64,000 bases of DNA, taken from contig JAGCDY010000053.1 in assembly GCA_017650925.1 (NCBI GenBank), positions 10,977 to 74,976 on the forward strand. Reading direction: 5' to 3'. This stretch comes from a bacterium (GTDB lineage: Bacteria; Auribacterota; UBA3054). The translations under genes and the position numbers were made by a program. Positions 39,467-48,567 of this stretch are shown in pieces (the stretch's first letter is position 1; each line of letters opens with the position of its first letter). The notes below the pieces were generated by a model, which had not been told where the DNA came from, ran no database searches, and saw only the letters and a program-made list of their open reading frames with translations.

Positions 39467-40657
39467 ATGGGTAGGTTACTGATTATCGGCGCCGGCGGCG
39501 TCGGCAACGTGGCGGCGCACAAATGCGCGGCGAGAACTGAAGTCTTCGATTACATCTGCCTGGCCAGCCGCACCAAGAGCAAATGCGACGCCATCAAAGA
39601 AAAGATCAAACGCAACATCGGAAGAGACGACATAGTGACCGATCAATTGGACGCTGACGATCCCAATCAGGTCGCCGCCATGATCAAAAAGCACAACGTC
39701 GAGACAGTCTTGAACGTCGCTCTCCCCTACCAGGACCTCTCCATCATGAAAGGCTGTCTCATGGCCGGCGCCAATTACATTGACACCGCCAACTACGAGC
39801 CGCCCGAAGAAGCGAAGTTCTGCTACAAGTGGCAGTGGGACATGCACGATGATTTCAAGAAGGCCGGCCTCACCGCCCTACTTGGCAGCGGCTTCGACCC
39901 CGGAGTCACAAGCGTCTTCACGACCTACGCCCTCAAGCACGAACTGGACGAGCTGCATTACCTTGACATCGTGGACGCCAACGCCGGCGACCACGGCCAT
40001 CCCTTCGCCACCAACTTCAATCCCGAAATAAACATCCGCGAGATCACCCAGCGCGGCAAATATTGGGAAAACGGCCAGTGGAAGGAGACCGATCCCCTCT
40101 CGGTGCACAAGACCTTCAACTTCCCCTCCATCGGTGACAAGGAAATGTACCTGATGTACCACGAGGAGTTGGAGTGCCTCACCAAACATATCCCCACCAT
40201 CAAGAGAGCCCGCTTCTGGATGACCTTCTCGGAAAACTATCTCAACCACTTGAGAGTCCTCCAGAACGTCGGCATGACCCGTATCGACGAAGTGGAATAC
40301 GAAGGCCACAAGATCGTGCCTCTTAAATTCCTGAAAGCCCTCCTTCCCGACCCCGGCACGTTGGGCGTCAACTACACCGGCAAGACCTGCATCGGCTGCA
40401 TACTGGAAGGCGTAAAAGACGGAAAACCCAAGACCGTCTTCATCTACAACGTCTGCGACCACGCCCAGTGCTTCAAGGAAGTGGAAGCCCAGGCCGTTTC
40501 CTACACCACCGGCGTTCCCGCCATGATCGGCACCAAGATGATCGCCGAAAAGAAATGGCAGGGAGAGGGCGTCTTCAACATGGAAGAGTTCGATCCCGAT
40601 CCCTTCATGAACGACCTTAATCTCTACGGTCTGCCGTGGCAAATCAAGCGCTTCTAG
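39467..40657 (+). CDS. carboxy(nor)spermidine dehydrogenase (saccharopine dehydrogenase family)
   Basis: 396 aa with an N-terminal Rossmann motif (LLIIGAGGVGNVAAHK). Length, architecture and its position directly upstream of nspC fit CASDH/CANSDH. Confidence 0.82.
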   Translation: MGRLLIIGAGGVGNVAAHKCAARTEVFDYICLASRTKSKCDAIKEKIKRNIGRDDIVTDQLDADDPNQVAAMIKKHNVETVLNVALPYQDLSIMKGCLMAGANYIDTANYEPPEEAKFCYKWQWDMHDDFKKAGLTALLGSGFDPGVTSVFTTYALKHELDELHYLDIVDANAGDHGHPFATNFNPEINIREITQRGKYWENGQWKETDPLSVHKTFNFPSIGDKEMYLMYHEELECLTKHIPTIKRARFWMTFSENYLNHLRVLQNVGMTRIDEVEYEGHKIVPLKFLKALLPDPGTLGVNYTGKTCIGCILEGVKDGKPKTVFIYNVCDHAQCFKEVEAQAVSYTTGVPAMIGTKMIAEKKWQGEGVFNMEEFDPDPFMNDLNLYGLPWQIKRF

Positions 40658-41799
40658 AAAACTTTCCGGAACTGAAGACTCCCGTCTTCGTCATCACGGA
40701 AGCCGACCTCATAAGAAACGGCAAGCTACTCAAGGAAGTCCGGGAGAAAGCGGACTGCAAGATCCTCTGGGCTCTCAAGTGCTTCGCCATGCCCGAGGCT
40801 GCCCAAACGCTCAAACCCTATCTTGACGGCACCTGCTCCAGCGGCCTTTTCGAAGCCAGATTCGGCAAGGAGAATTTCGGCGGCGAGACTCATGTCTACG
40901 CCCCGGCCTTCTCCGACGAGGATATGCAAAAGATCGTCAAGCTTGCCGACCACATCGTCTTCAATTCCTTCTCGCAGCTCCGTCATCACAGACCGACGCT
41001 CCAAAATTCCGGCCGTGAAATTCAAACCGGAATAAGGATCAATCCTGAATATTCGGAAGTCGCTACCAAGATCTACGACCCCTGCGCTCCTTTTTCCCGC
41101 TTCGGCGTGAAAGCCGAGGAATTGGAAAAACAGGGCATAAAGGAAATTTCCGGCCTTCATTTTCACACCATGTGCGAGCAGAAGTCCGACGTATTGGAAA
41201 GGACGCTCGACGTCGTCACCAAGAAATTCGGCAAGTTCCTCCGCGACCTAGACTGGATCAACATGGGCGGCGGCCAGCACATCACTAACGAAGACTACGA
41301 CCGGGATCACCTCGTCAAGCTCATCAAGCAGTTCAAGACCGCCTTCGATCTTAAGACCGTCTACCTTGAGCCGGGCGAAGCCGTGGCCATCAACGCCGGC
41401 TATCTCGTAACGACCGTCCTTGACATCATCGAGAACGGCATGCCGATCGCCATATTGGACACCTCCGCCGCCAACCATATGCCGGACGTTCTGGAAATGC
41501 CCTACCGTCCTTACATCATTGGTTCCGGCCAGCCCAAGGAAAAAACCTACACCTACCGCCTGGGGGCTCTCACCTGCCTGGCCGGCGACTACATCGGCGA
41601 CTACTCCTTTGACAAAGAATTGAAAGTTGGCGACCGCCTCGTCTTCACCGACATGGCGATCTACTCTTTCGTCAAGACCTGCATGTTCAATGGCATTGGT
41701 CTTCCAAGTCTCGCCTACCAGAAAACAAACGGCGAAACGAAGCTCATAAGAGAGTTCACCTACGAAGACTACGCCTCACGACTGGGAGCAAAACTATGA
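40636..41799 (+). CDS. nspC: carboxy(nor)spermidine decarboxylase
   Basis: 387 aa with a PLP fold-III decarboxylase pattern (WALKCF, HFHTMCEQ, NMGGGQHIT, YLEPGEAV). The GTG start overlaps the upstream gene by 22 nt. No alternative in-frame ATG, GTG or TTG follows the upstream stop. Confidence 0.85.
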   Translation: MANQALLENFPELKTPVFVITEADLIRNGKLLKEVREKADCKILWALKCFAMPEAAQTLKPYLDGTCSSGLFEARFGKENFGGETHVYAPAFSDEDMQKIVKLADHIVFNSFSQLRHHRPTLQNSGREIQTGIRINPEYSEVATKIYDPCAPFSRFGVKAEELEKQGIKEISGLHFHTMCEQKSDVLERTLDVVTKKFGKFLRDLDWINMGGGQHITNEDYDRDHLVKLIKQFKTAFDLKTVYLEPGEAVAINAGYLVTTVLDIIENGMPIAILDTSAANHMPDVLEMPYRPYIIGSGQPKEKTYTYRLGALTCLAGDYIGDYSFDKELKVGDRLVFTDMAIYSFVKTCMFNGIGLPSLAYQKTNGETKLIREFTYEDYASRLGAKL

Positions 41800-42632
41800 C
41801 CGCCTTTTTGGATTCCGAATTCAAGCCAGCCAAGCCCACCGAGGCTGCCTTCCACGTCATTCCCGCTCCCTACGAGAAAAGCGTCTCCTACGGTACCGGC
41901 ACGAAATTCGGCCCCAAGGCCATCATAGAATCCTCCTCCCAGCTGGAGAAGATTCAGCGAGGCTTTGCTCCCGGCGAAAATGGCATCTACACAGCCAAGC
42001 CCGCCCCCACTCTCAATGCCATTGAAAAAGCCGTCTCGTACGCCTTGAAGTGCCATTCTACCCCCTTTCTTCTGGGAGGCGAACACACAGTCACTCTTCC
42101 GGCGATCAAGGCCTTAAAAGCCTTCTATGGCCCTGAAATAGGCCTCATACAGTTTGACGCCCACGCCGACCTCCGCTTCGCCTACGAAGATGACCCTCTC
42201 TCCCACGCCTCCGTCATGCGCCGTATCAGCGAGCTTAATATCCCCATAGCGCAGTTCGGCACACGCTCCTACTGTCAGGAAGAACAAGACTTTAGACAGG
42301 ACAAGAAAAACAAAGTGACTTTCCACGACGCTGAGGAACTCTTCCGCCGCTTCAAGGAAAGAAAGAAAAACAAACTCCTTCCCGCGAATTTCCCCAAGAA
42401 GATCTACGTCTCCTTCGACATCGACGGCCTGGACTCCGCTATTATGCCCGCCACCGGAACGCCCGTCCCCGGCGGCCTTCTCTGGTACCAAACCCTTGAC
42501 CTCCTCGCGGAACTAACCAAAGGAAGAACGATAATCGGCCTGGACCTAGTGGAATTCTCCCCCATCAAGAATTTCCACGCCTACGACTTCACCGCCGCCA
42601 CCTTAGCCTACGAAATGATGGCTTTGGTTTAA
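41796..42632 (+). CDS. speB: agmatinase (ureohydrolase family)
   Basis: 278 aa with the Mn-binding motifs GGEHTVTLP, FDAHADLR and SFDIDGLD. The start overlaps the nspC stop by 4 nt. Confidence 0.85.
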   Translation: MTAFLDSEFKPAKPTEAAFHVIPAPYEKSVSYGTGTKFGPKAIIESSSQLEKIQRGFAPGENGIYTAKPAPTLNAIEKAVSYALKCHSTPFLLGGEHTVTLPAIKALKAFYGPEIGLIQFDAHADLRFAYEDDPLSHASVMRRISELNIPIAQFGTRSYCQEEQDFRQDKKNKVTFHDAEELFRRFKERKKNKLLPANFPKKIYVSFDIDGLDSAIMPATGTPVPGGLLWYQTLDLLAELTKGRTIIGLDLVEFSPIKNFHAYDFTAATLAYEMMALV

Positions 42633-42642
42633 AAGGCCTCCC

Positions 42643-42671
42643 TTGCTTTTGAGACCTTGTTTCAGTATAAT
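42643..42671 (+). promoter_or_regulatory. candidate sigma70 promoter for rpmE
   Basis: TTGCTT, a 17-nt spacer, then a perfect TATAAT. It lies ~43 nt upstream of the rpmE ATG. Confidence 0.55.
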
Positions 42672-42713
42672 ATCCTCTACCATTTAATAACTATAACTGA
42701 ATCGGGTTAAAGT

Positions 42714-42917
42714 ATGAAAGAAAAGATCCACCCCAACTACGAACAGACGACCATCACCTGTGCCTGCGGCCACGTCTTCAAAGTCGGCGCCACAGTAAAG
42801 GACATGCATATCGGTATTTGCTCCGAATGTCACCCCTTCTTCACGGGTAAGCAGAAATTCGTCGACACGGCTGGCCGCGTCGAGAAGTTCAACCGTCGTT
42901 ACGGCAAAAAGGACTGA
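42714..42917 (+). CDS. rpmE: 50S ribosomal protein L31
   Basis: 67 aa: MKEKIHPNY...CACG...[13 protein letters not shown]. This is the Zn-ribbon (type A) form. Confidence 0.95.
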   Translation: MKEKIHPNYEQTTITCACGHVFKVGATVKDMHIGICSECHPFFTGKQKFVDTAGRVEKFNRRYGKKD

Positions 42918-42938
42918 TTTTCGTCTTTTTTCCTATCC

Positions 42939-42992
42939 ACGAAGCTCACGACGCGCGTTTTTATTTGACGGGCTGTGGGCTTCGTTTTTTTT
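42939..42992 (+). terminator. probable intrinsic terminator/attenuator after rpmE
   Basis: ACGAAGCTCAC (42939-42949) pairs with GTGGGCTTCGT (42975-42985). That gives 11 bp including one G-U, with a 25-nt loop, followed by T8. The large loop lowers confidence. Confidence 0.5.
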
Positions 42993-43008
42993 GCTCTTGT
43001 CTTAAGGC

Positions 43009-44085
43009 ATGAAAGTATTCGACATCACCGCTCAGGAAGCTGAGATAGCCAAGATCGAAGAAGAGCTCGGACTGCCCGAGACCGCCTCCGACGCCAAGCG
43101 TCTGCGCGAACTGACCCGCCGCCACAAGCATCTGAAAGATGTGGTGGAGACCGGGCGCGCGCTCAGAGACGCCCAGTCGGCCGTGGAAGACTGCGAAAAG
43201 ATCATTTCGGACAACGAGGATCACGAGCTGGTCGAACTGGCCAAGGCCGAACTTTCGGAAATGACGGCGAAAGCGGAGGAGCTCGAGAAGGCCATGATGG
43301 TCCTTCTTCTTCCCAAGGACCCTTACGACGAGGCGAACACCATCATGGAGATAAGGGCCGGCACCGGCGGCGAAGAAGCGGCTCTGTTCGCTTCCGAACT
43401 CTTCAGGATGTATTCCCGCTACGCGGAACGCCAGGGCTGGAAGATCGAGACCATGAACACTTCCCCCGCCGCGGCAGGAGGCTTGAAGGAAATAATCTTC
43501 AGCATCCAGGGCGACGCCGTCTATTCGCACATGAAGTACGAGGCCGGCGTGCACAGAGTACAGAGGGTTCCGGAAACGGAGACGCAGGGCAGGATACATA
43601 CTTCCGCAGCCTCCGTGGTGGTCTTGCCAGAGCAGGAGGAAGTGACGGTCGACATCAAGCCGGAAGATCTAAGGATCGACATCTACCGCTCCACGGGCGC
43701 CGGCGGCCAGCACGTCAACACGACCGACTCCGCCATCAGGATAACCCACCTGCCGACCGGACTGGTGGTGACCTGCCAGGACGAGAGAAGCCAGTACAAG
43801 AACAAGGCGAAAGCCATGCGCGTCCTGCAGGCCCGCCTTCTGGAAAAGGAAAGACAGGACGCCGCCAAGGAACGCTCCGACCAAAGAAAGACAATGGTCG
43901 GCAGTGGCGACCGCAGCGACAAGAACAGAACTTACAACTTCCCCCAGAACCGCGTGACCGATCACCGCATAGGTCTGACGGTCCACGCCCTGGGAGAAAT
44001 AATGGACGGCGACCTCGACCGTCTCATTCTGCCACTTATTGAGCATGACACTGAGGAAATGCTCAAAGAAAGCATCTCATTATGA
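43009..44085 (+). CDS. prfA: peptide chain release factor 1
   Basis: 358 aa with the GGQ motif ([22 protein letters not shown]) and an RF1-type PxT tripeptide context ([14 protein letters not shown]). Confidence 0.95.
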   Translation: MKVFDITAQEAEIAKIEEELGLPETASDAKRLRELTRRHKHLKDVVETGRALRDAQSAVEDCEKIISDNEDHELVELAKAELSEMTAKAEELEKAMMVLLLPKDPYDEANTIMEIRAGTGGEEAALFASELFRMYSRYAERQGWKIETMNTSPAAAGGLKEIIFSIQGDAVYSHMKYEAGVHRVQRVPETETQGRIHTSAASVVVLPEQEEVTVDIKPEDLRIDIYRSTGAGGQHVNTTDSAIRITHLPTGLVVTCQDERSQYKNKAKAMRVLQARLLEKERQDAAKERSDQRKTMVGSGDRSDKNRTYNFPQNRVTDHRIGLTVHALGEIMDGDLDRLILPLIEHDTEEMLKESISL

Positions 44086-45185
44086 AAAGATATCTTTTAG
44101 TTTTCAGCACGCTCGCGCTTCTCTTCGGCTGCGACAAGAACGCCTTCGATGAGAAAGCGGAGGAAAATCTTCAGGTAGTGCCCGTCGTCCTTAGGGAGAC
44201 CGGCACCAAAACGACCGTAAGCAAGGAAAAAGCCCAGGCTAATAAGCTTGCCAATGCTACGGTCGTGACCGTCACGGTCTTCCAGACCAGCACCCAGCAG
44301 GCTTCGGTGAGAAGCGGAAGCCAGCTGATCTCCCTGCCGATCCATACGCCTCAGGACCACTGCACCAGCAACGATCTGGCTCTTGTCGGAGGCATTCCGG
44401 TCCCCACGACCGAGTTCTACCAGCTCTTCTCCCAGCCCAATCTCGACACCATGCCGGGCTACTTGAGAAGGGATTTTGACAAGAGGAGAGGCGAATTCAT
44501 CACCCAGCTCATAAACAACAAGGTCTTCGAATACGCCGCCGCGCACGAGGATTTCAGCGGGGAAAAGGGTTATGCTGAAGCGATAGAAGACGCCGTGCAC
44601 AAAGTCAATCTGGATTATTTCTACGACCGCTACATCAACCTGAAATCCGATGTCAGCGACCAGGAAGTGAAAGATTATTACGAAGCGCACAAAAGCGAAT
44701 ATACCAAGCCGGCCCAGTTCAGGGCTTCCCACATTCTCATAAAAGTCGCTCCCAACGCCTACAGGGCGGAAGTCAGCAACGCCTACGCCAGGGCTACGGA
44801 GCTAAGGCGCCGCGCCATGGAGGGCGAAGATTTCGGACAACTGGCCTCGGCCTATTCCGACTGCCCCTCGAAAGTCAAGGGCGGCGACCTCGATTTCTTC
44901 ACCAAAGGACAGACGCACCCCTCCTTCGAGAAGGCTGTCGAGAGGATGAAGATCGGCGACATCTCCCCCGTCGTGGAGACCAGCCAGGGCTATCACGTCA
45001 TCAAACTTACGGACAGAGTTCCTGAAAGGACCCTGGCGTTCGATGAGATAAAGAACGAATTGAAAAATCAGCTGGCGCTGCAGAAGACCGGCGAAGCTTA
45101 CGAAACGGTCCTGCAGTCCCTAACCAACAAATACAAGGTGATCCGCAATGAAAGCCTCATCAGAAAATTGGTCGAACAGTATTAA
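44082..45185 (+). CDS. parvulin-type peptidyl-prolyl isomerase (PrsA/SurA-like), lipoprotein
   Basis: 367 aa. The lipobox is LALLFGC. The parvulin domain includes [10 protein letters not shown]...[11 protein letters not shown]...GYHVIKL. Confidence 0.8.
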   Translation: MKRYLLVFSTLALLFGCDKNAFDEKAEENLQVVPVVLRETGTKTTVSKEKAQANKLANATVVTVTVFQTSTQQASVRSGSQLISLPIHTPQDHCTSNDLALVGGIPVPTTEFYQLFSQPNLDTMPGYLRRDFDKRRGEFITQLINNKVFEYAAAHEDFSGEKGYAEAIEDAVHKVNLDYFYDRYINLKSDVSDQEVKDYYEAHKSEYTKPAQFRASHILIKVAPNAYRAEVSNAYARATELRRRAMEGEDFGQLASAYSDCPSKVKGGDLDFFTKGQTHPSFEKAVERMKIGDISPVVETSQGYHVIKLTDRVPERTLAFDEIKNELKNQLALQKTGEAYETVLQSLTNKYKVIRNESLIRKLVEQY

Positions 45186-46584
45186 GCTTCTGGCCGCCAT
45201 ACTTCTTTTCTGCGCCCCTCTTTGCGCCGAGGAAGTGAACAGCATCGTAGCCAAAGTCGGCGACGCTTCGATAACGGCCGTAGAGCTTGACCGCTACATT
45301 CCCCCTACTCTCAAGTCGTACGCCAAAATGATGCCGAACGACGAGGAGATCAAAAGCGAATTACGTAAGGAAAGAGTGGAGGCCCTGAAAAGCATCATCG
45401 ACTCCAAGCTGCTCGTTCGCGAGGCGAACAAGCTGGAAATCAAGATCCCGCCCATCGAGATCGACAAGCAGCTCAGCAAGGAAAGGGAGCGCTACGCTTC
45501 CGAAGACGAGTTCCGGGCGTATCTCAGGGAAAACAAGATAACCCTCCCGGAATTCAGGGAACATCTCTCCGACGCCATCAAGGCCCAGGCCGTGCTCCAG
45601 GAAAAAGTCTTCAAGAGAGTGCGGGTGCTGCCCCATGAGATCCACAAATTCTACACTGAGAACAAGAATCTCATTTATACGCGCCAGCCGAGCGTCCATC
45701 TCTACCAGATCCTGATAAAGGACAAGACAGAGGAAGGAAAGCTTGATCCCGAGACCAGGATCAGGGACATCAGATCCCAGCTAGTTCAGGGCGCCAATTT
45801 CCAGAGACTGGCGCTGATGTATTCCGAAGGCCCGATGAAAGATTCCGGCGGCGACTGGGGGCTCATCGAGCAGGGCCATTTCGGCGAGGAGATGGCTAAC
45901 GTCGAGAGAGCGGCTTTCAGTCTCTCCCCCGGCCAGTTCAGCGACGTCATCAAGACCCCCTTCGGTTATCACATCGTCTACATCAGCGCCAAGCAGGACG
46001 CCCACGTGCAGACGGAAAGGGAAGCCTACGACGACATCTACCGCCGCGTGGCCGAATCTAAGAGCGCCGCGGTCTACGAACCTTACATGAACGGCCTCAG
46101 ACGTTCCTGCAGCATCGAGATCTTCGATCCCGAGCTTATGGACGCGAAACCCAGCATCAGGCCCGGCAAAAAGGTCGGCGACTTCATGACGAAGCCCGCC
46201 CCCGTTACGGAAGCCGCTGAAGAAACGGTTGAGAGCGTTCCCGTCACCACCCCGACAACTGTCGAGACCGCGGAAAGCAAACCCATAGAGTTTAAGGACG
46301 AGACGGAAAGCAAATCCGAGGAAATCAAGGAAGAGAAAATCGAGAAAACAGACTCCGCTTTCGATACTCCCACGGTGACCGAGACGACCGAAACCATCGA
46401 AGTCAAGGAAACAGCCTTCGACGTTCCCGAAAGCAAACCGGAAGAAGTTGATCCGCTGAAGGAACTCGACGCGCAATTGGACGCCAAGGCCGCCGATCAG
46501 AATCTCCCCGGAGCCAAGCCGAATCCCGGAGCTCCGGTCTTCGAGATGCAGGAAGTCGTGCAGCCGAAAAGTGAGGAAAAATAA
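45148..46584 (+). CDS. SurA-like chaperone/parvulin PPIase with an acidic C-terminal extension
   Basis: 478 aa. It has a signal peptide (LLAAILLFCAPLCA), a SurA-N-like helical region and a parvulin domain (HLYQILIK...GGDWGLIEQGHF...GYHIVYI). The last ~130 aa are Glu/Thr/Pro/Lys-rich. The start overlaps the upstream gene by 38 nt. Confidence 0.75.
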   Translation: MKASSENWSNSIKLLAAILLFCAPLCAEEVNSIVAKVGDASITAVELDRYIPPTLKSYAKMMPNDEEIKSELRKERVEALKSIIDSKLLVREANKLEIKIPPIEIDKQLSKERERYASEDEFRAYLRENKITLPEFREHLSDAIKAQAVLQEKVFKRVRVLPHEIHKFYTENKNLIYTRQPSVHLYQILIKDKTEEGKLDPETRIRDIRSQLVQGANFQRLALMYSEGPMKDSGGDWGLIEQGHFGEEMANVERAAFSLSPGQFSDVIKTPFGYHIVYISAKQDAHVQTEREAYDDIYRRVAESKSAAVYEPYMNGLRRSCSIEIFDPELMDAKPSIRPGKKVGDFMTKPAPVTEAAEETVESVPVTTPTTVETAESKPIEFKDETESKSEEIKEEKIEKTDSAFDTPTVTETTETIEVKETAFDVPESKPEEVDPLKELDAQLDAKAADQNLPGAKPNPGAPVFEMQEVVQPKSEEK

Positions 46585-47073
46585 ATGCTGGTCCTCGGCA
46601 TCGATCCAGGAACCCGCATAACAGGCTACGGTCTCATACGCAGCGAGGGAAGCGCGCTGGAATGCGCGGAATTCGGAGTCATCAAGAACTCCCAGTCGCT
46701 GCCCTTGATAGAGTGCTACGCGCGCATCTTCGAGGGGATAGACGAGATCCTGAAAGGCTACGATGTCTCGACGGTAGCCGTTGAGAGCCAGTTCTTCTAC
46801 AAGAACGCCAGGAGCGCCCTGAAGATCGGCGAAGCGAGAAGCGCCGCCGTTCTCCCCGCGGCCTTAAGGAGGATCCCCGTTATGGAATACTCCCCCACCA
46901 GGGTGAAAAAGGCCGTGGTAGGAATTGGCGCGGCGACCAAGGACCAGGTCCAGGGCATGATCAAGAACATGCTGAAAATTAAAAACGAGCGCATGCTGCC
47001 GGACGCCTCGGACGCCCTGGCGATCGCCCTGACGCACATCCACGCTTTGAAATATCCCGAACTCAAGGATTGA
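46585..47073 (+). CDS. ruvC: Holliday junction resolvase RuvC
   Basis: 162 aa with MLVLGIDPGTRITGYG, ESQFF and DASDALAIALTH. Confidence 0.93.
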   Translation: MLVLGIDPGTRITGYGLIRSEGSALECAEFGVIKNSQSLPLIECYARIFEGIDEILKGYDVSTVAVESQFFYKNARSALKIGEARSAAVLPAALRRIPVMEYSPTRVKKAVVGIGAATKDQVQGMIKNMLKIKNERMLPDASDALAIALTHIHALKYPELKD

Positions 47074-47076
47074 GCT

Positions 47077-47658
47077 ATGATAACTTTTCTGGAAGGCATA
47101 CTTGACGAAAAGGAAGCCAACGCGGCCGTCATAAACGTGGGCGGCGTGGGCTACGAGGTGAACATTTCCCTCAACACTTACGAGAATCTCCCCCCCATGG
47201 GCGACAAGATCAGGCTGCTCGTTTTTCATCACCTGAGGGAGAACGAGGAAAAACTCTTCGGCTTCTACAGCCGTGAGGAAAGGGAAGTCTTTTTGAAACT
47301 CATCGAGGTCTCCGGCATCGGCCCGACTTCCGCGCTCCTCATTCTCAGCAGCCAGCCGATCTCGACTCTCTGCCAAACGATCGCCAGGGAAGACGTCAAA
47401 GCCTTGAGCAGCATCAAAGGCATCGGGAAAAAGACCGCCGAAAGGATCATCGTGGAGCTGAAAGACAAGCTTACGCACCTGGCCGGCAAGACCGCGCCCG
47501 CCGGCATCTCCAAGAACGCCGCCGACGCAGTCATGGCGCTCGTCGCTCTTGGCTTCCGCCAGGCGGAAGTCCAGGAAGCCGTTCAAAAAGCTCTCAAAAA
47601 CGATCCCGACGCCAGCACGGACCAGCTTGTCAGATACGTCATCCAGAACAGAGGTTGA
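47077..47658 (+). CDS. ruvA: Holliday junction DNA-binding protein RuvA
   Basis: 193 aa with MITFLEGIL, an OB fold, two HhH motifs (VSGIGPTSAL, IKGIGKKTAERI) and C-terminal domain III. Confidence 0.9.
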   Translation: MITFLEGILDEKEANAAVINVGGVGYEVNISLNTYENLPPMGDKIRLLVFHHLRENEEKLFGFYSREEREVFLKLIEVSGIGPTSALLILSSQPISTLCQTIAREDVKALSSIKGIGKKTAERIIVELKDKLTHLAGKTAPAGISKNAADAVMALVALGFRQAEVQEAVQKALKNDPDASTDQLVRYVIQNRG

Positions 47659-47659
47659 T

Positions 47660-48556
47660 ATGCCGAAAGTCGTCTGCTACGGATCTCTGGTCCGCGACAT
47701 CATCTATCACGTCCCCCACTTCGTAAGGCCCGGGGAGACGCTTCCCGCCGAAGACCGCGCCGTCTTTTACGGCGGCAAGGGCTTCAACCAAGCCATCGCT
47801 CTCAAAAGAGCGGGACTCGCGGACGTCTTCCAGGCCGGAAGCTTCGGACCGGACGGGCTCGATTTTCTGGAATATCTGAAGAAAGAAAAAGTCGAGACCA
47901 AGTTGATCTATCCCGTAGACGTTCCGCAGGGCCACGCTGTAATACAGATCACGCCAGACGGACAGAACGCCATATTGCACTTCGGCGGCTCCAACCGCTG
48001 CGTGCCGGATAAACTCATTAGCGAACTTAAGAACTTCCTATCCGCAGGCGACTGGTTCATCGCCCAGAACGAAGTGAACCTTCTGCCGGAAATAATGAAC
48101 GAACTGGCGGAAAAAGGCGTTGTCATCGCTTTCAATCCCTCCCCTTGCGACGACTCAATTAAAGCTCTTCCGCTTGAAAAATCGTCTTATCTCATAGTGA
48201 ACGAAATAGAGGGCGCGACCATTTCCGGCGTTCCCTCCGACCGTCCGGAAGATATATTAAAAAAGATGCGGGAAAAATTCCCCGCTACCAAAACGATCCT
48301 GACTCTGGGAGAAAACGGCGCTTACTATGACGACGGAAAAGAAGTCATAAGACAGGAAGCTTATCACGTCAAGGCCATCGATTCCGTGGGCGCCGGCGAC
48401 ACTTTCTCGGGCTACTTCTTCGCCTCGATCATAAACGGCCTAGCTCCGAAAGACGCGCTCAGTCTCGCTTCCAAAGCCGCCGCCATCTCCGTGACAAGGC
48501 CCGGCGCCGCTCCCTCCATCCCCGATCTCAAAGAAGTTTTAGCATACAAATTTTAA
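47660..48556 (+). CDS. PfkB-family carbohydrate kinase (ribokinase-like)
   Basis: 298 aa from the ATG at 47660 (MPKVVCYGSLVRD), 1 nt after the ruvA stop. Motifs are GGKGFNQA and the pfkB signature DSVGAGDTFSGYF. The ORF-track start at 47549 lies inside ruvA and is rejected. Confidence 0.8.
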   Translation: MPKVVCYGSLVRDIIYHVPHFVRPGETLPAEDRAVFYGGKGFNQAIALKRAGLADVFQAGSFGPDGLDFLEYLKKEKVETKLIYPVDVPQGHAVIQITPDGQNAILHFGGSNRCVPDKLISELKNFLSAGDWFIAQNEVNLLPEIMNELAEKGVVIAFNPSPCDDSIKALPLEKSSYLIVNEIEGATISGVPSDRPEDILKKMREKFPATKTILTLGENGAYYDDGKEVIRQEAYHVKAIDSVGAGDTFSGYFFASIINGLAPKDALSLASKAAAISVTRPGAAPSIPDLKEVLAYKF

Positions 48557-48567
48557 GGAAACATAAA

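Noticed and set aside
42931-42940. DnaA-box-like sequence (cTATCCACg) between rpmE and prfA.
   Set aside because: It is a single imperfect copy with no further boxes nearby. It sits inside a terminator-containing intergenic region and is most likely a chance occurrence.
47549-47659. 5' extension of the PfkB kinase ORF.
   Set aside because: It overlaps ruvA by 110 nt and has a basic, low-complexity translation. The ATG at 47660 is adjacent to the upstream stop and gives a full-length family-typical N-terminus.
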